A stretch of DNA of 32,000 nucleotides, taken from contig NZ_CP088239.1 in the NCBI RefSeq assembly GCF_021054785.1, forward strand, positions 1,950,001 through 1,982,000, given 5' to 3'. Shown here one piece after another: positions 14,856 to 24,189 of the stretch. Below the pieces are notes generated by a model. That model made no database searches. It had not been told where the DNA came from and saw only the letters and a program-made list of their open reading frames with translations. The position numbers were made by a program, and so were the translations under genes. How positions within the stretch are numbered: the stretch's first letter is position 1; each line of letters starts with the position of its first letter. The stretch is from Tannockella kyphosi. Its GTDB lineage: Bacteria > Bacillota_I > Bacilli_A > Erysipelotrichales > Coprobacillaceae.

Positions 14856-15998
14856 ATGGCCTATTTAAAAACATTATCTTTAAATCAAAAAATAATCCTA
14901 CTTATGTTTGCATCATTATGCTTACCATACTATTTATTAGTTCCTATCCAAGTAGGTATTTTATTATATGTTTTATTTACCAAACAATATTCAAAATTGT
15001 TACATAGTTATAATTTATTTTTCTATATTTTCTTAGTTATTATTATTGCAACCTCTTGTTATTACCGTAATTTATATGGGTTAGTTGGATGTTTTGCTTT
15101 CTTTTTAATTTTTTCTTTAGCTTTTTTTTACCAACAAAATATTGATCGTAAGTTATTTGAAGTTGGTATTTGTATATTAATTGGTGTTTCTTTTATTTGG
15201 GGGATTGTTAGTATATTCCAATATGCAGAGATATTAAGTAATCATGATATTAGTGGGTTTGTATTTCAAGTATTTGCTAAGCCAGAGGATCGTGTTTTTG
15301 GTTCTGTTTATAACGCTAATTATTATGCTAGTTGTTTAGAGATTATTATGTTAATGATTGCTTATAAGTTTGTTACTACTAAGAGTGTCAAGATGAAGTG
15401 TTTCTATATGTTTAGTTTTTTATGGAATTTAGTTTTTTTGATTCTTTGTGCTTGTAGAAGTGCTTGGATTTCTCTACCGATAGCTTTAATTGTTTTCTTT
15501 TTCTTAAATAAAAATCATAGAGAAAATATATATTTATGTCTTACTTGTTTATGTGTAGGTATTTATTTCTTATTTAATCCTGAACAAATACCTAGAATTA
15601 ATAATTTAGAGAGTAATTATGGTGTTCGTGAATTAATATGGGTTACTGCAATGAAGGGTATTATGGATCATCCATTCTTTGGACAAGGACCTTTTACTTA
15701 TATGAGGATATATGAGATTTATGGTGGTCATGCTACGGAACATGCTCATAGTTTATATTTAGAGCCTTTATTATCTTATGGTATTATTGGTTGTATTCCT
15801 TTATTAACTTATTTTATTTTTCTTTTTAGAAAAGTAATGTTATTTTATCAAACACATCGTACTGTGATTGCTCTTGTATTAGCTGGTGCAATTACAACCA
15901 TTATCCATGGGGTTACTGATTATTCTGTATTCTTCTTACACTCAGGGCTTATCTTATTAATGTTAATATTATCTTATCCAATTTTAGAAGGCGAATAG
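14856..15998 (+). CDS. O-antigen ligase / Wzy_C family polytopic membrane protein
   Basis: 380 aa with about 10 TM segments. It has the central RSAWISLPIAL motif and an extracytoplasmic loop with HAHSLYLE, typical of the O-antigen ligase-like family. Confidence 0.75.
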   Translation: MAYLKTLSLNQKIILLMFASLCLPYYLLVPIQVGILLYVLFTKQYSKLLHSYNLFFYIFLVIIIATSCYYRNLYGLVGCFAFFLIFSLAFFYQQNIDRKLFEVGICILIGVSFIWGIVSIFQYAEILSNHDISGFVFQVFAKPEDRVFGSVYNANYYASCLEIIMLMIAYKFVTTKSVKMKCFYMFSFLWNLVFLILCACRSAWISLPIALIVFFFLNKNHRENIYLCLTCLCVGIYFLFNPEQIPRINNLESNYGVRELIWVTAMKGIMDHPFFGQGPFTYMRIYEIYGGHATEHAHSLYLEPLLSYGIIGCIPLLTYFIFLFRKVMLFYQTHRTVIALVLAGAITTIIHGVTDYSVFFLHSGLILLMLILSYPILEGE

Positions 15999-16010
15999 CC
16001 TTCTTTTAAT
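15986..16010 (+). terminator. Terminator after the O-antigen-ligase-like gene (spans its stop codon)
   Basis: AGAAGGC-GAATA-GCCTTCT is followed by TTTAATTTT. Confidence 0.65.
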
Positions 16011-17358
16011 TTTGGACATTGTGATGAACTGTATAACTATCACTATCTAACGTATCAAAATAATATCCTTGTTCTAAGTAATATTCTATAATTGTAGGTA
16101 ATGCCTCGACTGTTGTTGTTTTGCTAGTGCTATCATGCATTAATAAGTTAATATTCTTTGCACTACTTTTAGTCGAAGCTTCGATAATTTGCTCAACATC
16201 TAGTGTTGATGCATTCGCATCATCACTAGATACATTCCAATCAAAATAAGTAAATCCCTTTTCTTCCACTTCTTGGGTTAATATACTCATAATATCTTCA
16301 CTATAATTTTTAGAAACCGTATTAGAAGATCCTCCTGGGAAACGTAAAATAGTCGAATAGCTACCTGTGTATTCATAAACAATTTCATTCATTTTATTTA
16401 TATCTTCAAAAAAAGCATCTACACTTTCATAAATAGTACGATAACTATGGCTATAGGTATGTACTCCTATTGAATGACCTGCTAAATAAGCTTCTTCTAT
16501 TAAATAAAAATAATTACTATTTTGTCCTGCTACAAAAAAGGTTGCTTGGATATCATATTCTTCTAATATTTCTAATATATCTATTGTATTACTAGAAGGT
16601 CCATCATCAAAGGTTAAGTAAATAGTTTTATCACTTGTTATTATTACTTCTCTTGTTAATACGGTTGTATTTCCTTGGTTATCTTTAGCAATATATTCAA
16701 TTTCATAACTACCAGTATGATTTATATCTACTTGGCTTGTATCTATTTCAATAATAGGATTATTATCATAATCATCTGTGACATAGATTCCTTGCATATA
16801 ATCTATTTCTTCATAGACTAAACTTTGGATAGGATCTACTGATTCTATGATTGGTGCTATTTTGTCTTCTACTACTTCTATTTGTACACTACATTCTGTT
16901 TGATTCCCATATTCATCTTCTACAATTAACATAATGGTATGGTATCCTAGTGTATCTAATTGATAATCTTCTAGAAAAGCTACGGTTGTAAAAGAATCAT
17001 CTTCTACTGATTCTATTAGTTGATTGGGAGATAGTTCACTATCTAATAAAAAGACATCTGATTTAGTTTGTACTTGTGGTGGTACTTTATCTACAACATG
17101 GACTACAATAGGATACTCTTTTTCTTCTACCGTATATACTACTTCATAACTACCCAAACTAGTTATATCTAGTTGTTTTTTGTTGATAGAAATAGTTATG
17201 TTATTCGTTACACTCTTGATGTTTTTTATAAAATCATATTCTTCATTTATTTGAATCTCTATTTCTTTTTCATGAAAAGTAATGTTATCTTTTTGATAAA
17301 ATCCTAATAATCCTGAAAAAATAATACACATCACTATACTTGCATATATCTTCTTCAT
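16006..17358 (-). CDS. Secreted/anchored polysaccharide deacetylase (NodB/CE4) with three N-terminal Ig-like repeats
   Basis: N-terminal signal/anchor MKKIYASIVMCIIFSGLLGF. There are three about 70-aa repeats each ending in G(S/Y)(Y/H)-containing beta-rich motifs (LGSYEVVYTV, LGYHTIMLIV, TGSYEIEYIA). The CE4 motifs TFDDGPS and HTYSH are present. Confidence 0.85.
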   Translation of the reverse strand: MKKIYASIVMCIIFSGLLGFYQKDNITFHEKEIEIQINEEYDFIKNIKSVTNNITISINKKQLDITSLGSYEVVYTVEEKEYPIVVHVVDKVPPQVQTKSDVFLLDSELSPNQLIESVEDDSFTTVAFLEDYQLDTLGYHTIMLIVEDEYGNQTECSVQIEVVEDKIAPIIESVDPIQSLVYEEIDYMQGIYVTDDYDNNPIIEIDTSQVDINHTGSYEIEYIAKDNQGNTTVLTREVIITSDKTIYLTFDDGPSSNTIDILEILEEYDIQATFFVAGQNSNYFYLIEEAYLAGHSIGVHTYSHSYRTIYESVDAFFEDINKMNEIVYEYTGSYSTILRFPGGSSNTVSKNYSEDIMSILTQEVEEKGFTYFDWNVSSDDANASTLDVEQIIEASTKSSAKNINLLMHDSTSKTTTVEALPTIIEYYLEQGYYFDTLDSDSYTVHHNVQN

Positions 17359-17402
17359 AGCACACCTCTATTCTAGTATGTCTGTTATTTTGAAAATAAT
17401 GT

Positions 17403-17433
17403 AAAAAAGACTCGCTTCAAACGAATCTTTTTT
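17403..17433 (-). terminator. Terminator after the EAL gene (hairpin flanked by A6 and T6, so usable in both directions)
   Basis: AAGACTCG-CTTCAAA-CGAATCTT forms an 8-bp stem with one G:U pair on the minus strand, and is followed there by TTTTTT. Confidence 0.65.
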
Positions 17434-17443
17434 ATAAAGAGAT

Positions 17444-19234
17444 TTATAGAATATATTTTTCTGTAAATTTACTAGCTGGCATTGGTCTATGAATATAATA
17501 TCCTTGGACATAATCACAACCACTATTCTTTAAAAAGACAATGTTTTCTTCTGTTTCAACACCTTCACAAACTACCTTTAAATCAATATTATGTGCCATT
17601 GCAATAACACTAGTTAAAATATCTGGCATATTTGTAGTATCTAGTTTATTTAAAAATTCTCGATCTAATTTTAAGATATTTAATGGTAATTCTGCTAATA
17701 ATGTAATATTCGAATATCCTGCACCAAAATCATCCATTGTAATTGTAATACCTTTGTTTGATAATGTATTTAATTTTGATATCGTCGCACTTTCAATTTG
17801 ACTAAGGGATGTTTCTGTCATTTCAATTTCTAAAGCAGATGGATCTACTTCATATTTATGGATAATATGATTAAACTTATCAAGGAAATCTTCTTCATCT
17901 AATGTTACTCTAGAAAAATTAATCGCTATTTTGAAATGTTGCTTCATTAGATTATTTTCTACAAGATAAATACATACCTCTTCTAACATATAATAATCTA
18001 ACAAAGAAATTAGTTTTTTATCTTCATATAACTTAATAAATTCATTCGGATAAATAATATGTCCTCTTTGAGGTTCCCATCGAACTAATGCTTCTGCTGA
18101 AGATACAATCATAGATTGTAAATTTAATTGTGGTTGTAAGTACATCTTAAATTCTTTATTTTTAATAGCTTCTTCTAAACGAGATGTATACTCATCTTCT
18201 AAACGTAACCTTGTAACAAAAGACTCATCATACCAAATAACTCCATTCAGTCCTGTTGTTTTTGCATAAGAATGTGCAAGATTTACTTTTGATAAAATAG
18301 AATATGTTTCTTCTTTATCATCACTAATAGCATAAGCACTAAAAATAAATTCTATTTGTTGGGAAATTAAAGCTAGTCCAGATTGCAAAAGCTTTTCTCT
18401 TAAACAAGTATCAAGAACTGTAATAATATCCTCTTTATTTTCAACGAACAGTTTAAAATTATCTCCATTTATACGCCCACAAATGCCATTTTCCCCACAA
18501 CATTCTAATAAAGTATCCCCAACACCTTTTAATATCCTATCTGCAAAAGCATGATCATATCGATGATTATAAACTTTAAAATTAACAATATCGATACCTA
18601 TTAATATGAACTCCTTGCTATCTCGAGATTTAAGCTTATCCTCCATCTTATTCATAAACCCTATCTGTGAATAAATATTCGTAATAGGATCATAGTTTGT
18701 CTTCTTAATAAGTTCACGTCTATTTCGATAAAATTGGTAAAAGAATAAACAAATAGTAATAACAAAAGAAATAGAAAATATTGTAAAGAATTGTTCTAGT
18801 TCTTCTTCCGCTACTTCTTCTACATAGTGCACTAAATCATCAGCAGCCTGATAGTGTTCTTTACTTAATTCATATAAATAATCATAATCTCCACTTATCC
18901 TAAAGTTTTCAATTTCCAACTTAATTTCTGACCACAACTCATTAATAGCTACTAACTGTTCTTGATACCCATTGTCATCTTCCCCAAAAGAATTAAAACC
19001 TTGCGAAGCCTCTATCAAATCTGTTATAACCGTATCTACATAATCTATTAACTCTTCATCTTGGTTACCCAAAGTTTCTCCCAGTATTACTTTTTGAGTA
19101 CACCCTCTTACAACACCTGTATAGTTAACAATATGTTCATCTCCATACATTCTATATAAAGCAGAAAGTAAAACAACAAGAAACAATGCCCATACCAATG
19201 TATAAAAATGAAATATTTTTTTATTATCTTTCAT
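17444..19234 (-). CDS. Membrane sensor protein with degenerate GGDEF domain and intact EAL domain (putative c-di-GMP phosphodiesterase)
   Basis: All EAL catalytic signatures are present: EALVRW, INFS, EIEMTE, DDFGAGYSN, KLDREF, CEGVETEE and QGYY. The GGDEF position reads NGDNF. Two TM helices flank an about 120-aa helical extracytoplasmic region. Confidence 0.85.
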   Translation of the reverse strand: MKDNKKIFHFYTLVWALFLVVLLSALYRMYGDEHIVNYTGVVRGCTQKVILGETLGNQDEELIDYVDTVITDLIEASQGFNSFGEDDNGYQEQLVAINELWSEIKLEIENFRISGDYDYLYELSKEHYQAADDLVHYVEEVAEEELEQFFTIFSISFVITICLFFYQFYRNRRELIKKTNYDPITNIYSQIGFMNKMEDKLKSRDSKEFILIGIDIVNFKVYNHRYDHAFADRILKGVGDTLLECCGENGICGRINGDNFKLFVENKEDIITVLDTCLREKLLQSGLALISQQIEFIFSAYAISDDKEETYSILSKVNLAHSYAKTTGLNGVIWYDESFVTRLRLEDEYTSRLEEAIKNKEFKMYLQPQLNLQSMIVSSAEALVRWEPQRGHIIYPNEFIKLYEDKKLISLLDYYMLEEVCIYLVENNLMKQHFKIAINFSRVTLDEEDFLDKFNHIIHKYEVDPSALEIEMTETSLSQIESATISKLNTLSNKGITITMDDFGAGYSNITLLAELPLNILKLDREFLNKLDTTNMPDILTSVIAMAHNIDLKVVCEGVETEENIVFLKNSGCDYVQGYYIHRPMPASKFTEKYIL

Positions 19235-19274
19235 TTATATTACCTCACCCTTATATGATTTACACGCTACAAGA

Positions 19275-19283
19275 ATTATAACA
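19275..19283 (-). promoter_or_regulatory. Candidate extended -10 (TGtTATAAT) for the EAL gene
   Basis: The minus strand reads TGTGTTATAAT about 40 nt upstream of the ATG at 19234. The SD is GGTGAGG. Confidence 0.4.
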
Positions 19284-19349
19284 CAAAAACCTTATACCCT
19301 TCCATTTTTTAGCACCTGATTTGATAAATCATGTACAAGGTATTTTGCC

Positions 19350-19385
19350 ATAATAAAAGTAGCAATATGTCTCCATATTACTACT
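19350..19385 (-). terminator. Terminator after the SDR gene
   Basis: Arms 19358-19369 and 19374-19385 form a 12-bp stem with one mismatch and the loop TCTC (plus strand; GAGA on the minus strand). On the minus strand it is followed by TTTTATTAT. Confidence 0.6.
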
Positions 19386-19394
19386 GCATCATTT

Positions 19395-20150
19395 TTATAA
19401 AGTAGATCCAAAATCACAAATTAATGATTGCCCTGTAATTGGTTTTGCTTCATCACTAGCCAAGAACAATGCTACATTTGCAACATCACTTGCCATACAA
19501 GGAGATACACTTAAATCATTATGTTTCATCATCGCACCCATTACTTGCATATCTAAACTTGCACGATCAATATTCATTGTCATTGGAGTAATGATTGTCC
19601 CTGGACAAATTGCATTACATCTAATTTTACTAGCTGCATATACTAGTGCTGTATGTTTGGTAATTCCTAACATTGCTGCTTTACTAGCAACATAAGCAGC
19701 TCCACCTGTTCCATATGCACCAGCAACAGAATCAATATTAACAATGGATGCCCCTTCTTGCATATATGCTAGAGCTTCTCTCATGCAATACATTGTTCCT
19801 TTTGTATTAATATCTAAAACTCTGTCTAAATCGTCAGTTTCAAAACTAGCGATACCTAATAGGTTTTTATCTAATACCCCTGCATTATTTACTAAAATAT
19901 CAATAGCTCCAAATGTTTCTTTTGCTTGAGCCATCAAATTTTTAACATCTTCTTGATTTGAAATATCAGTAGGAACACATAATACTTTTTGACCTAATGA
20001 TTCAATTTTATCCGCAACTGCCTGTAAAGGTTCTACTCTTCTTGCACTAATTACAACACTTGCACCTTCGCTTGCAAATAACTCTGCAATCGCAGCTCCA
20101 ACACCTGAATTAGCACCTGTAATAACTGCTACTTTTCCTTCTAATCTCAT
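19395..20150 (-). CDS. Classical short-chain dehydrogenase/reductase (SDR)
   Basis: TGANSGVG (TGxxxGxG), NNAG and the YVASK (YxxxK) catalytic motif. 251 aa. Confidence 0.9.
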   Translation of the reverse strand: MRLEGKVAVITGANSGVGAAIAELFASEGASVVISARRVEPLQAVADKIESLGQKVLCVPTDISNQEDVKNLMAQAKETFGAIDILVNNAGVLDKNLLGIASFETDDLDRVLDINTKGTMYCMREALAYMQEGASIVNIDSVAGAYGTGGAAYVASKAAMLGITKHTALVYAASKIRCNAICPGTIITPMTMNIDRASLDMQVMGAMMKHNDLSVSPCMASDVANVALFLASDEAKPITGQSLICDFGSTL

Positions 20151-20253
20151 ACTTTTTCTCCCATCTATTCTATGTTTTCTTATTATTATACTAACACCAA
20201 TACTATATCCTGTAAAGGAATGGATCCTAATTAGTTATGTACCATTCTTTACT

Positions 20254-20283
20254 ATAAAAAAAGACTCTTTTATATAGAGTCTT
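20254..20283 (-). terminator. Terminator after rqcP (overlaps its stop codon)
   Basis: AAGACTCT-TTTATAT-AGAGTCTT forms a perfect 8-bp stem, followed on the minus strand by TTTTTTTA. Confidence 0.75.
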
Positions 20284-20542
20284 CTCTTTCTATTCGTTCT
20301 TCTTTTAAAATAGTATATAACATTGTACTTTCATCTTTTAAAACATGTTCTTTTAATAGATTTACTTGTACTACTAGTTTTGTTCTACCAAACTCTATTT
20401 CAATGATATCACCTATCTTTAATTTAGTAGATGGTTTTGCAACTTTATCATTTACTTTTACACGTTGGCTTTCACTTATTTCTTTTGATAATGTTCTTCT
20501 TTTAATAATACGTGATACTTTTAGAAATTTATCTAAACGCAT
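20270..20542 (-). CDS. rqcP: S4-domain RNA-binding protein, YabO/RqcP-like ribosome quality control factor
   Basis: 90 aa. MRLDKFLKVSRIIKRRTLSKE...MYTILKEE closely parallels my recollection of B. subtilis YabO (RqcP). Its start overlaps the upstream stop in TAATG. Confidence 0.8.
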   Translation of the reverse strand: MRLDKFLKVSRIIKRRTLSKEISESQRVKVNDKVAKPSTKLKIGDIIEIEFGRTKLVVQVNLLKEHVLKDESTMLYTILKEERIEREDSI

Positions 20543-22179
20543 TATTCCATTACCTCGGTAATAGCAGGAACTACTTGTTTTTTACGTGATATAATACCTG
20601 TTAACGTAGCTTGACTTGATTGTAATTTAATATGGAATGCATTTTCTACTAATTCAGGACGTGGTCCTGCAACAAAGATTTCACTATTTCCATTAATAAT
20701 ATCGGTTAATAATAATAATGTGAATTCTAAATCATTATTCTTTGCTTCTTTTTCCATATACGCTAACATTTCTTCTTTAAAAGGCATAAATCCTTCAATA
20801 TCCATTGAATTAACTTGTGCTACTCCAACAGTTTTTTTATCAAAATTAAAACGTTTATAATCTTGATGGAATATTTCATCTACTGATTTTCCAACTAAAG
20901 AAGTACCTGCTTTAAACATATCTATTCCAAATGTATAAATATCAACACCTGCAATCTTCGCTAATTCTTTTGCTATCTTTGTATCCGTAGGAGTACATGT
21001 AGGAGACTTAAATAATAAAGTATCTGAAATAATTGCTCCTAATAATAATCCTGCAATATCTTGTGGTATTTCCACACTATTTTCTTTATAACATTTAGTA
21101 ACAATCGTAGCAGTACATCCTACTGGTTCTCCTCTAAATAATAATGGAGAAATAGTTTGAATATCAGCTACACGATGATGATCAATAATCTCTAAAATAT
21201 CTGCTTCTTCAATACCATGAATTGATTGTCCTCTTTCATTATGATCTACTAAAATAACCTTTTTACGAAGTCCTTTTAATAATGCATATCTCGATACACT
21301 ACCAACACAATGATTATTTAAATCAACTACTGGATAACTACGATAACGAGTTTGAGACATAATATCTTTCATGTATTCTACTGTATCATCCACACTAAAA
21401 GTCATTAAGTTTCCTTTTTGCATGATATGTGCTACTGGTAATGCTTGTACAATTTGTTGTGAAGTTAAATAGGTATTAAAAGAAGTAGAAACAATACTAA
21501 TTCCTTCTTGTTTTAATTGTTCTAACATATCTAAATCTACAGAAAGTGATCCAGTTAAAATAACTAAAGAAGGTTTAGAGAGTATTAATGATTCTAATGC
21601 TTCATCACGATCCCCTCCTACAATAACAATATCTCCTTCTTTAATACGTTTACGAGCTTCTTGTCCACGCATAGCAGCAATGTGGATTTCCCCTTGTACC
21701 GTTCTTAAATTAGGTTCTAAATAAATTACTTTTGCTTCTAAAGTATCAATTATATTTTCTATTGGTGTGTGTGCTTCTTTTAGAATATTACTATCCCATT
21801 TTTCCATATAACCTTCAATCATATTTGATGTTGATAACAAACCTAATAAATGTCCTGTTTCACTTACAATTGGTGCTGACTTTAAACTTTGTTGTTTCAT
21901 TAAAGACCAAGCTGTTTTCATTGTTAGTTCTTTTGAAAACATTGTCATCTTATCATAGTTTAAATCTTCTACTTTTTGTTTTACTGTTTTTAATAAAACA
22001 GGTGTTTCTACATTAAAATATTTTAAGATGTATTCTGTTTCTCTACTTACATCTCCTATTCTAACAGGCACTGCTATATATCTTTTAATCTCATTCATTA
22101 AATAACTATATCCAATAGCAGAACAAATCGAGTCGCTATCTGGATTACGATGTCCACTTACATAAACTAATTCTTCCAT
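20542..22179 (-). CDS. ppaC: CBS-domain-containing family II (DHH) inorganic pyrophosphatase
   Basis: 545 aa. DHH motifs GHRNPDSDS, VDHNE and DHHR, with a C-terminal DHHA2 domain. An about 230-aa CBS/DRTGG insert separates DHH motifs I-II from III-IV. Confidence 0.85.
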   Translation of the reverse strand: MEELVYVSGHRNPDSDSICSAIGYSYLMNEIKRYIAVPVRIGDVSRETEYILKYFNVETPVLLKTVKQKVEDLNYDKMTMFSKELTMKTAWSLMKQQSLKSAPIVSETGHLLGLLSTSNMIEGYMEKWDSNILKEAHTPIENIIDTLEAKVIYLEPNLRTVQGEIHIAAMRGQEARKRIKEGDIVIVGGDRDEALESLILSKPSLVILTGSLSVDLDMLEQLKQEGISIVSTSFNTYLTSQQIVQALPVAHIMQKGNLMTFSVDDTVEYMKDIMSQTRYRSYPVVDLNNHCVGSVSRYALLKGLRKKVILVDHNERGQSIHGIEEADILEIIDHHRVADIQTISPLLFRGEPVGCTATIVTKCYKENSVEIPQDIAGLLLGAIISDTLLFKSPTCTPTDTKIAKELAKIAGVDIYTFGIDMFKAGTSLVGKSVDEIFHQDYKRFNFDKKTVGVAQVNSMDIEGFMPFKEEMLAYMEKEAKNNDLEFTLLLLTDIINGNSEIFVAGPRPELVENAFHIKLQSSQATLTGIISRKKQVVPAITEVME

Positions 22180-22188
22180 TCCTATCTC

Positions 22189-22854
22189 CTATTTATCATT
22201 CTTTTTTAAATATCTATAAATTGTTGGTTCTGATACAGCTAATTTATCAGCTACTAAACCTATTGATCCTTTTACTTTAAAAGTACCTTTTTCTTGTAGA
22301 TATTTTACTACTTTTATTTTTTCATCTACATTTAAACGTTCTGGTAAAAAATAAGGTGGGAATCCCATAACTTCTAAACTTTCTTTAATATATAAATCAA
22401 TCATTTCTTCTAATGGTGAAGATAAAATAGCTACTGGATTATCCATTTTAAATTCAATATCACTTTCTTCTTTAATACCTAATATTTTTTGTATTGTTGT
22501 TGTTAGGTATTCAAAGTCAGAAATATTTACATTAACACATAACATCCCTATTGGCATTTCTTTATCTTCTTCTTTAATAAAGTAAGTTGCTGCCTTCATT
22601 AATTTTCCATCTGATCCTACTGTTTTGTAATTAATAACATGATCATGATCTAAATATTGTTTTTCATCTAAATAATGCATTGATAAATTAGATAATTTAG
22701 CCCCTATTTCTCTTCCTGAATTATGGTTATTAGCGATTGCTACTACTTCTTGTTCTTTCGATGTTAAATCATGCAAAGCTACCTCAACATTATCTCCTAG
22801 TGCTGCTCCTAGAAATTCTACGATCTTTACATATGGCTTTAGTCCTTCATACAT
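22189..22854 (-). CDS. YheO-like PAS-domain / HTH transcriptional regulator
   Basis: LKPYVKIVEFLGAALGDNVEVALHDL is a typical YheO-family N-terminus, and there is a C-terminal HTH (VADKLAVSEPTIYRYLKK). I moved the start from 22920 to the ATG at 22854 (MYEGLKPY). AAGGAG lies 10 nt upstream, and a TGGAAA-17-TATAAT promoter sits inside the longer ORF. Confidence 0.75.
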   Translation of the reverse strand: MYEGLKPYVKIVEFLGAALGDNVEVALHDLTSKEQEVVAIANNHNSGREIGAKLSNLSMHYLDEKQYLDHDHVINYKTVGSDGKLMKAATYFIKEEDKEMPIGMLCVNVNISDFEYLTTTIQKILGIKEESDIEFKMDNPVAILSSPLEEMIDLYIKESLEVMGFPPYFLPERLNVDEKIKVVKYLQEKGTFKVKGSIGLVADKLAVSEPTIYRYLKKNDK

Positions 22855-22878
22855 TTCACTCACACTCCTTGTTAAGCT

Positions 22879-22907
22879 ATTATACATCAAACTTTTGTTT
22901 TTTTCCA
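22879..22907 (-). promoter_or_regulatory. Candidate promoter TGGAAA-17nt-TATAAT for the yheO-like/ppaC/rqcP operon
   Basis: -10 is the complement of 22879-22884 and -35 is the complement of 22902-22907, with 17-nt spacing. Confidence 0.45.
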
Positions 22908-22949
22908 CCTTTTTTATCATGATAATAAACTCTTATAATATTCTAATTA

Positions 22950-22978
22950 TTGCTTTCTTTATTTGATAGTTCTATAAT
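22950..22978 (+). promoter_or_regulatory. Sigma-A-type promoter TTGCTT-17nt-TATAAT for the antiporter/GNAT/HD operon
   Basis: -35 at 22950-22955 and -10 at 22973-22978. It lies inside the ORF-track N-terminal extension, which argues for the ATG at 23007. Confidence 0.6.
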
Positions 22979-23006
22979 ATTTATAGTTTTTAAAAAGGAG
23001 GTTTTT

Positions 23007-24188
23007 ATGTTATTTTCTTTTGGTTTATTATTTATTGGTGGGCTTTTAGCTGGTAAGTTTTTTAATATGCTTAAGTTACCTAGTTTAATTGGGATGTTGC
23101 TTGTTGGTATTTTATTAGGACCTTCGATGTTACAATTATTAGATGATTCTTTGTTAGCTATTTCTAGTGATTTACGTGAATTAGCGTTAGTAATTATTTT
23201 AACTAGAGCTGGTTTAAATCTAGATGTATCTGCATTAAAGAAAGTGGGTCGTCCTGCCTTCTTATTATGTTTTGTTCCTGCTTGTTTTGAGATTGTTGGA
23301 ACTTTATTAGTGGCACCTATTCTTTTAGATTTTACTATGATGGAAGCTTTGTTACTGGGAACTGTCTTAGCTGCAGTATCTCCTGCTGTAGTAGTACCTA
23401 GAATGTTAAAGTTAATGGATAATGGATATGGTTCTAATAAGAATATTCCTCAAATGGTGATGGCTGGTGGGGCTGTAGATGATGTTTTTGTTATTATTTT
23501 ATTTACTGCTACTTTATCTTTATTATCTACTGGTTCTTTTGATACAAGTATTTTTTTAACAATTCCTCTTTCTATTGTTTTAGGAATTGGAGTGGGTGTC
23601 GTTGTTGGACATCTTGTTATTTACTTTTTTCATCATTTTCAAGTACATGATATTTCGAAAGTATTGATTTTGTTATCAATTAGTTTTTTATTACTTACTT
23701 TAGAAGACTATTGTACTGGTATTATTACTTTTTCAGCTTTGTTATCTATTATGACAATGGGTGTTACAATTAATTTTAAGGATAATGTTTTAGCTAAACA
23801 ACTTTCTGTTCCTTTTGGTTCTTTATGGTTTGTTGCTGAAATTTGGTTATTTGTTTTAGTTGGTGCTTGTGTTGATATTCAATTAGCGTTGAATGCAGGT
23901 TTAATTGCTTTTGTTTTATTAGTTATCATTCAATTATTCCGTATGCTTGGTGTATCCGTTGCAGTATTAAAAACCAATCTAAACAAGAAAGAAAGACTTT
24001 TTGTAGCTTTTAGCTATATGCCAAAAGCTACAGTACAAGCAGCTATTGGAGCATTGCCTTTGGCAGCAGGGTTAGATTGTGGAGCAATGATTTTAACAAT
24101 TGCTGTATTAGCTATTTTGTTTACTGCTCCTATTGGAGCAATTCTAATTGATCGTTTGTATCCTGTTTTGTTAGTGAAGGGGGAGTAG
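23007..24188 (+). CDS. Cation:proton antiporter (Na+/H+ exchanger family)
   Basis: About 393 aa and polytopic (11-12 TM). The sequence is typical of the Na_H_Exchanger family. I moved the start from 22950 to 23007 (MLFSFGLL), because AAAGGAGG lies 6 nt upstream and there is a promoter upstream. Confidence 0.8.
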   Translation: MLFSFGLLFIGGLLAGKFFNMLKLPSLIGMLLVGILLGPSMLQLLDDSLLAISSDLRELALVIILTRAGLNLDVSALKKVGRPAFLLCFVPACFEIVGTLLVAPILLDFTMMEALLLGTVLAAVSPAVVVPRMLKLMDNGYGSNKNIPQMVMAGGAVDDVFVIILFTATLSLLSTGSFDTSIFLTIPLSIVLGIGVGVVVGHLVIYFFHHFQVHDISKVLILLSISFLLLTLEDYCTGIITFSALLSIMTMGVTINFKDNVLAKQLSVPFGSLWFVAEIWLFVLVGACVDIQLALNAGLIAFVLLVIIQLFRMLGVSVAVLKTNLNKKERLFVAFSYMPKATVQAAIGALPLAAGLDCGAMILTIAVLAILFTAPIGAILIDRLYPVLLVKGE

Positions 24189-24189
24189 T

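Noticed and set aside
15122-15129. T8 homopolymer inside the O-antigen-ligase-like gene as a phase-variation switch. The same question applies to A8/T8 in fic (1116-1123) and T8 in the ABC gene (12268-12275).
   Set aside because: Runs of 8 A/T are frequent in this roughly 30% GC sequence and encode ordinary Phe/Lys codons. Without read-level length heterogeneity there is no support for phase variation.
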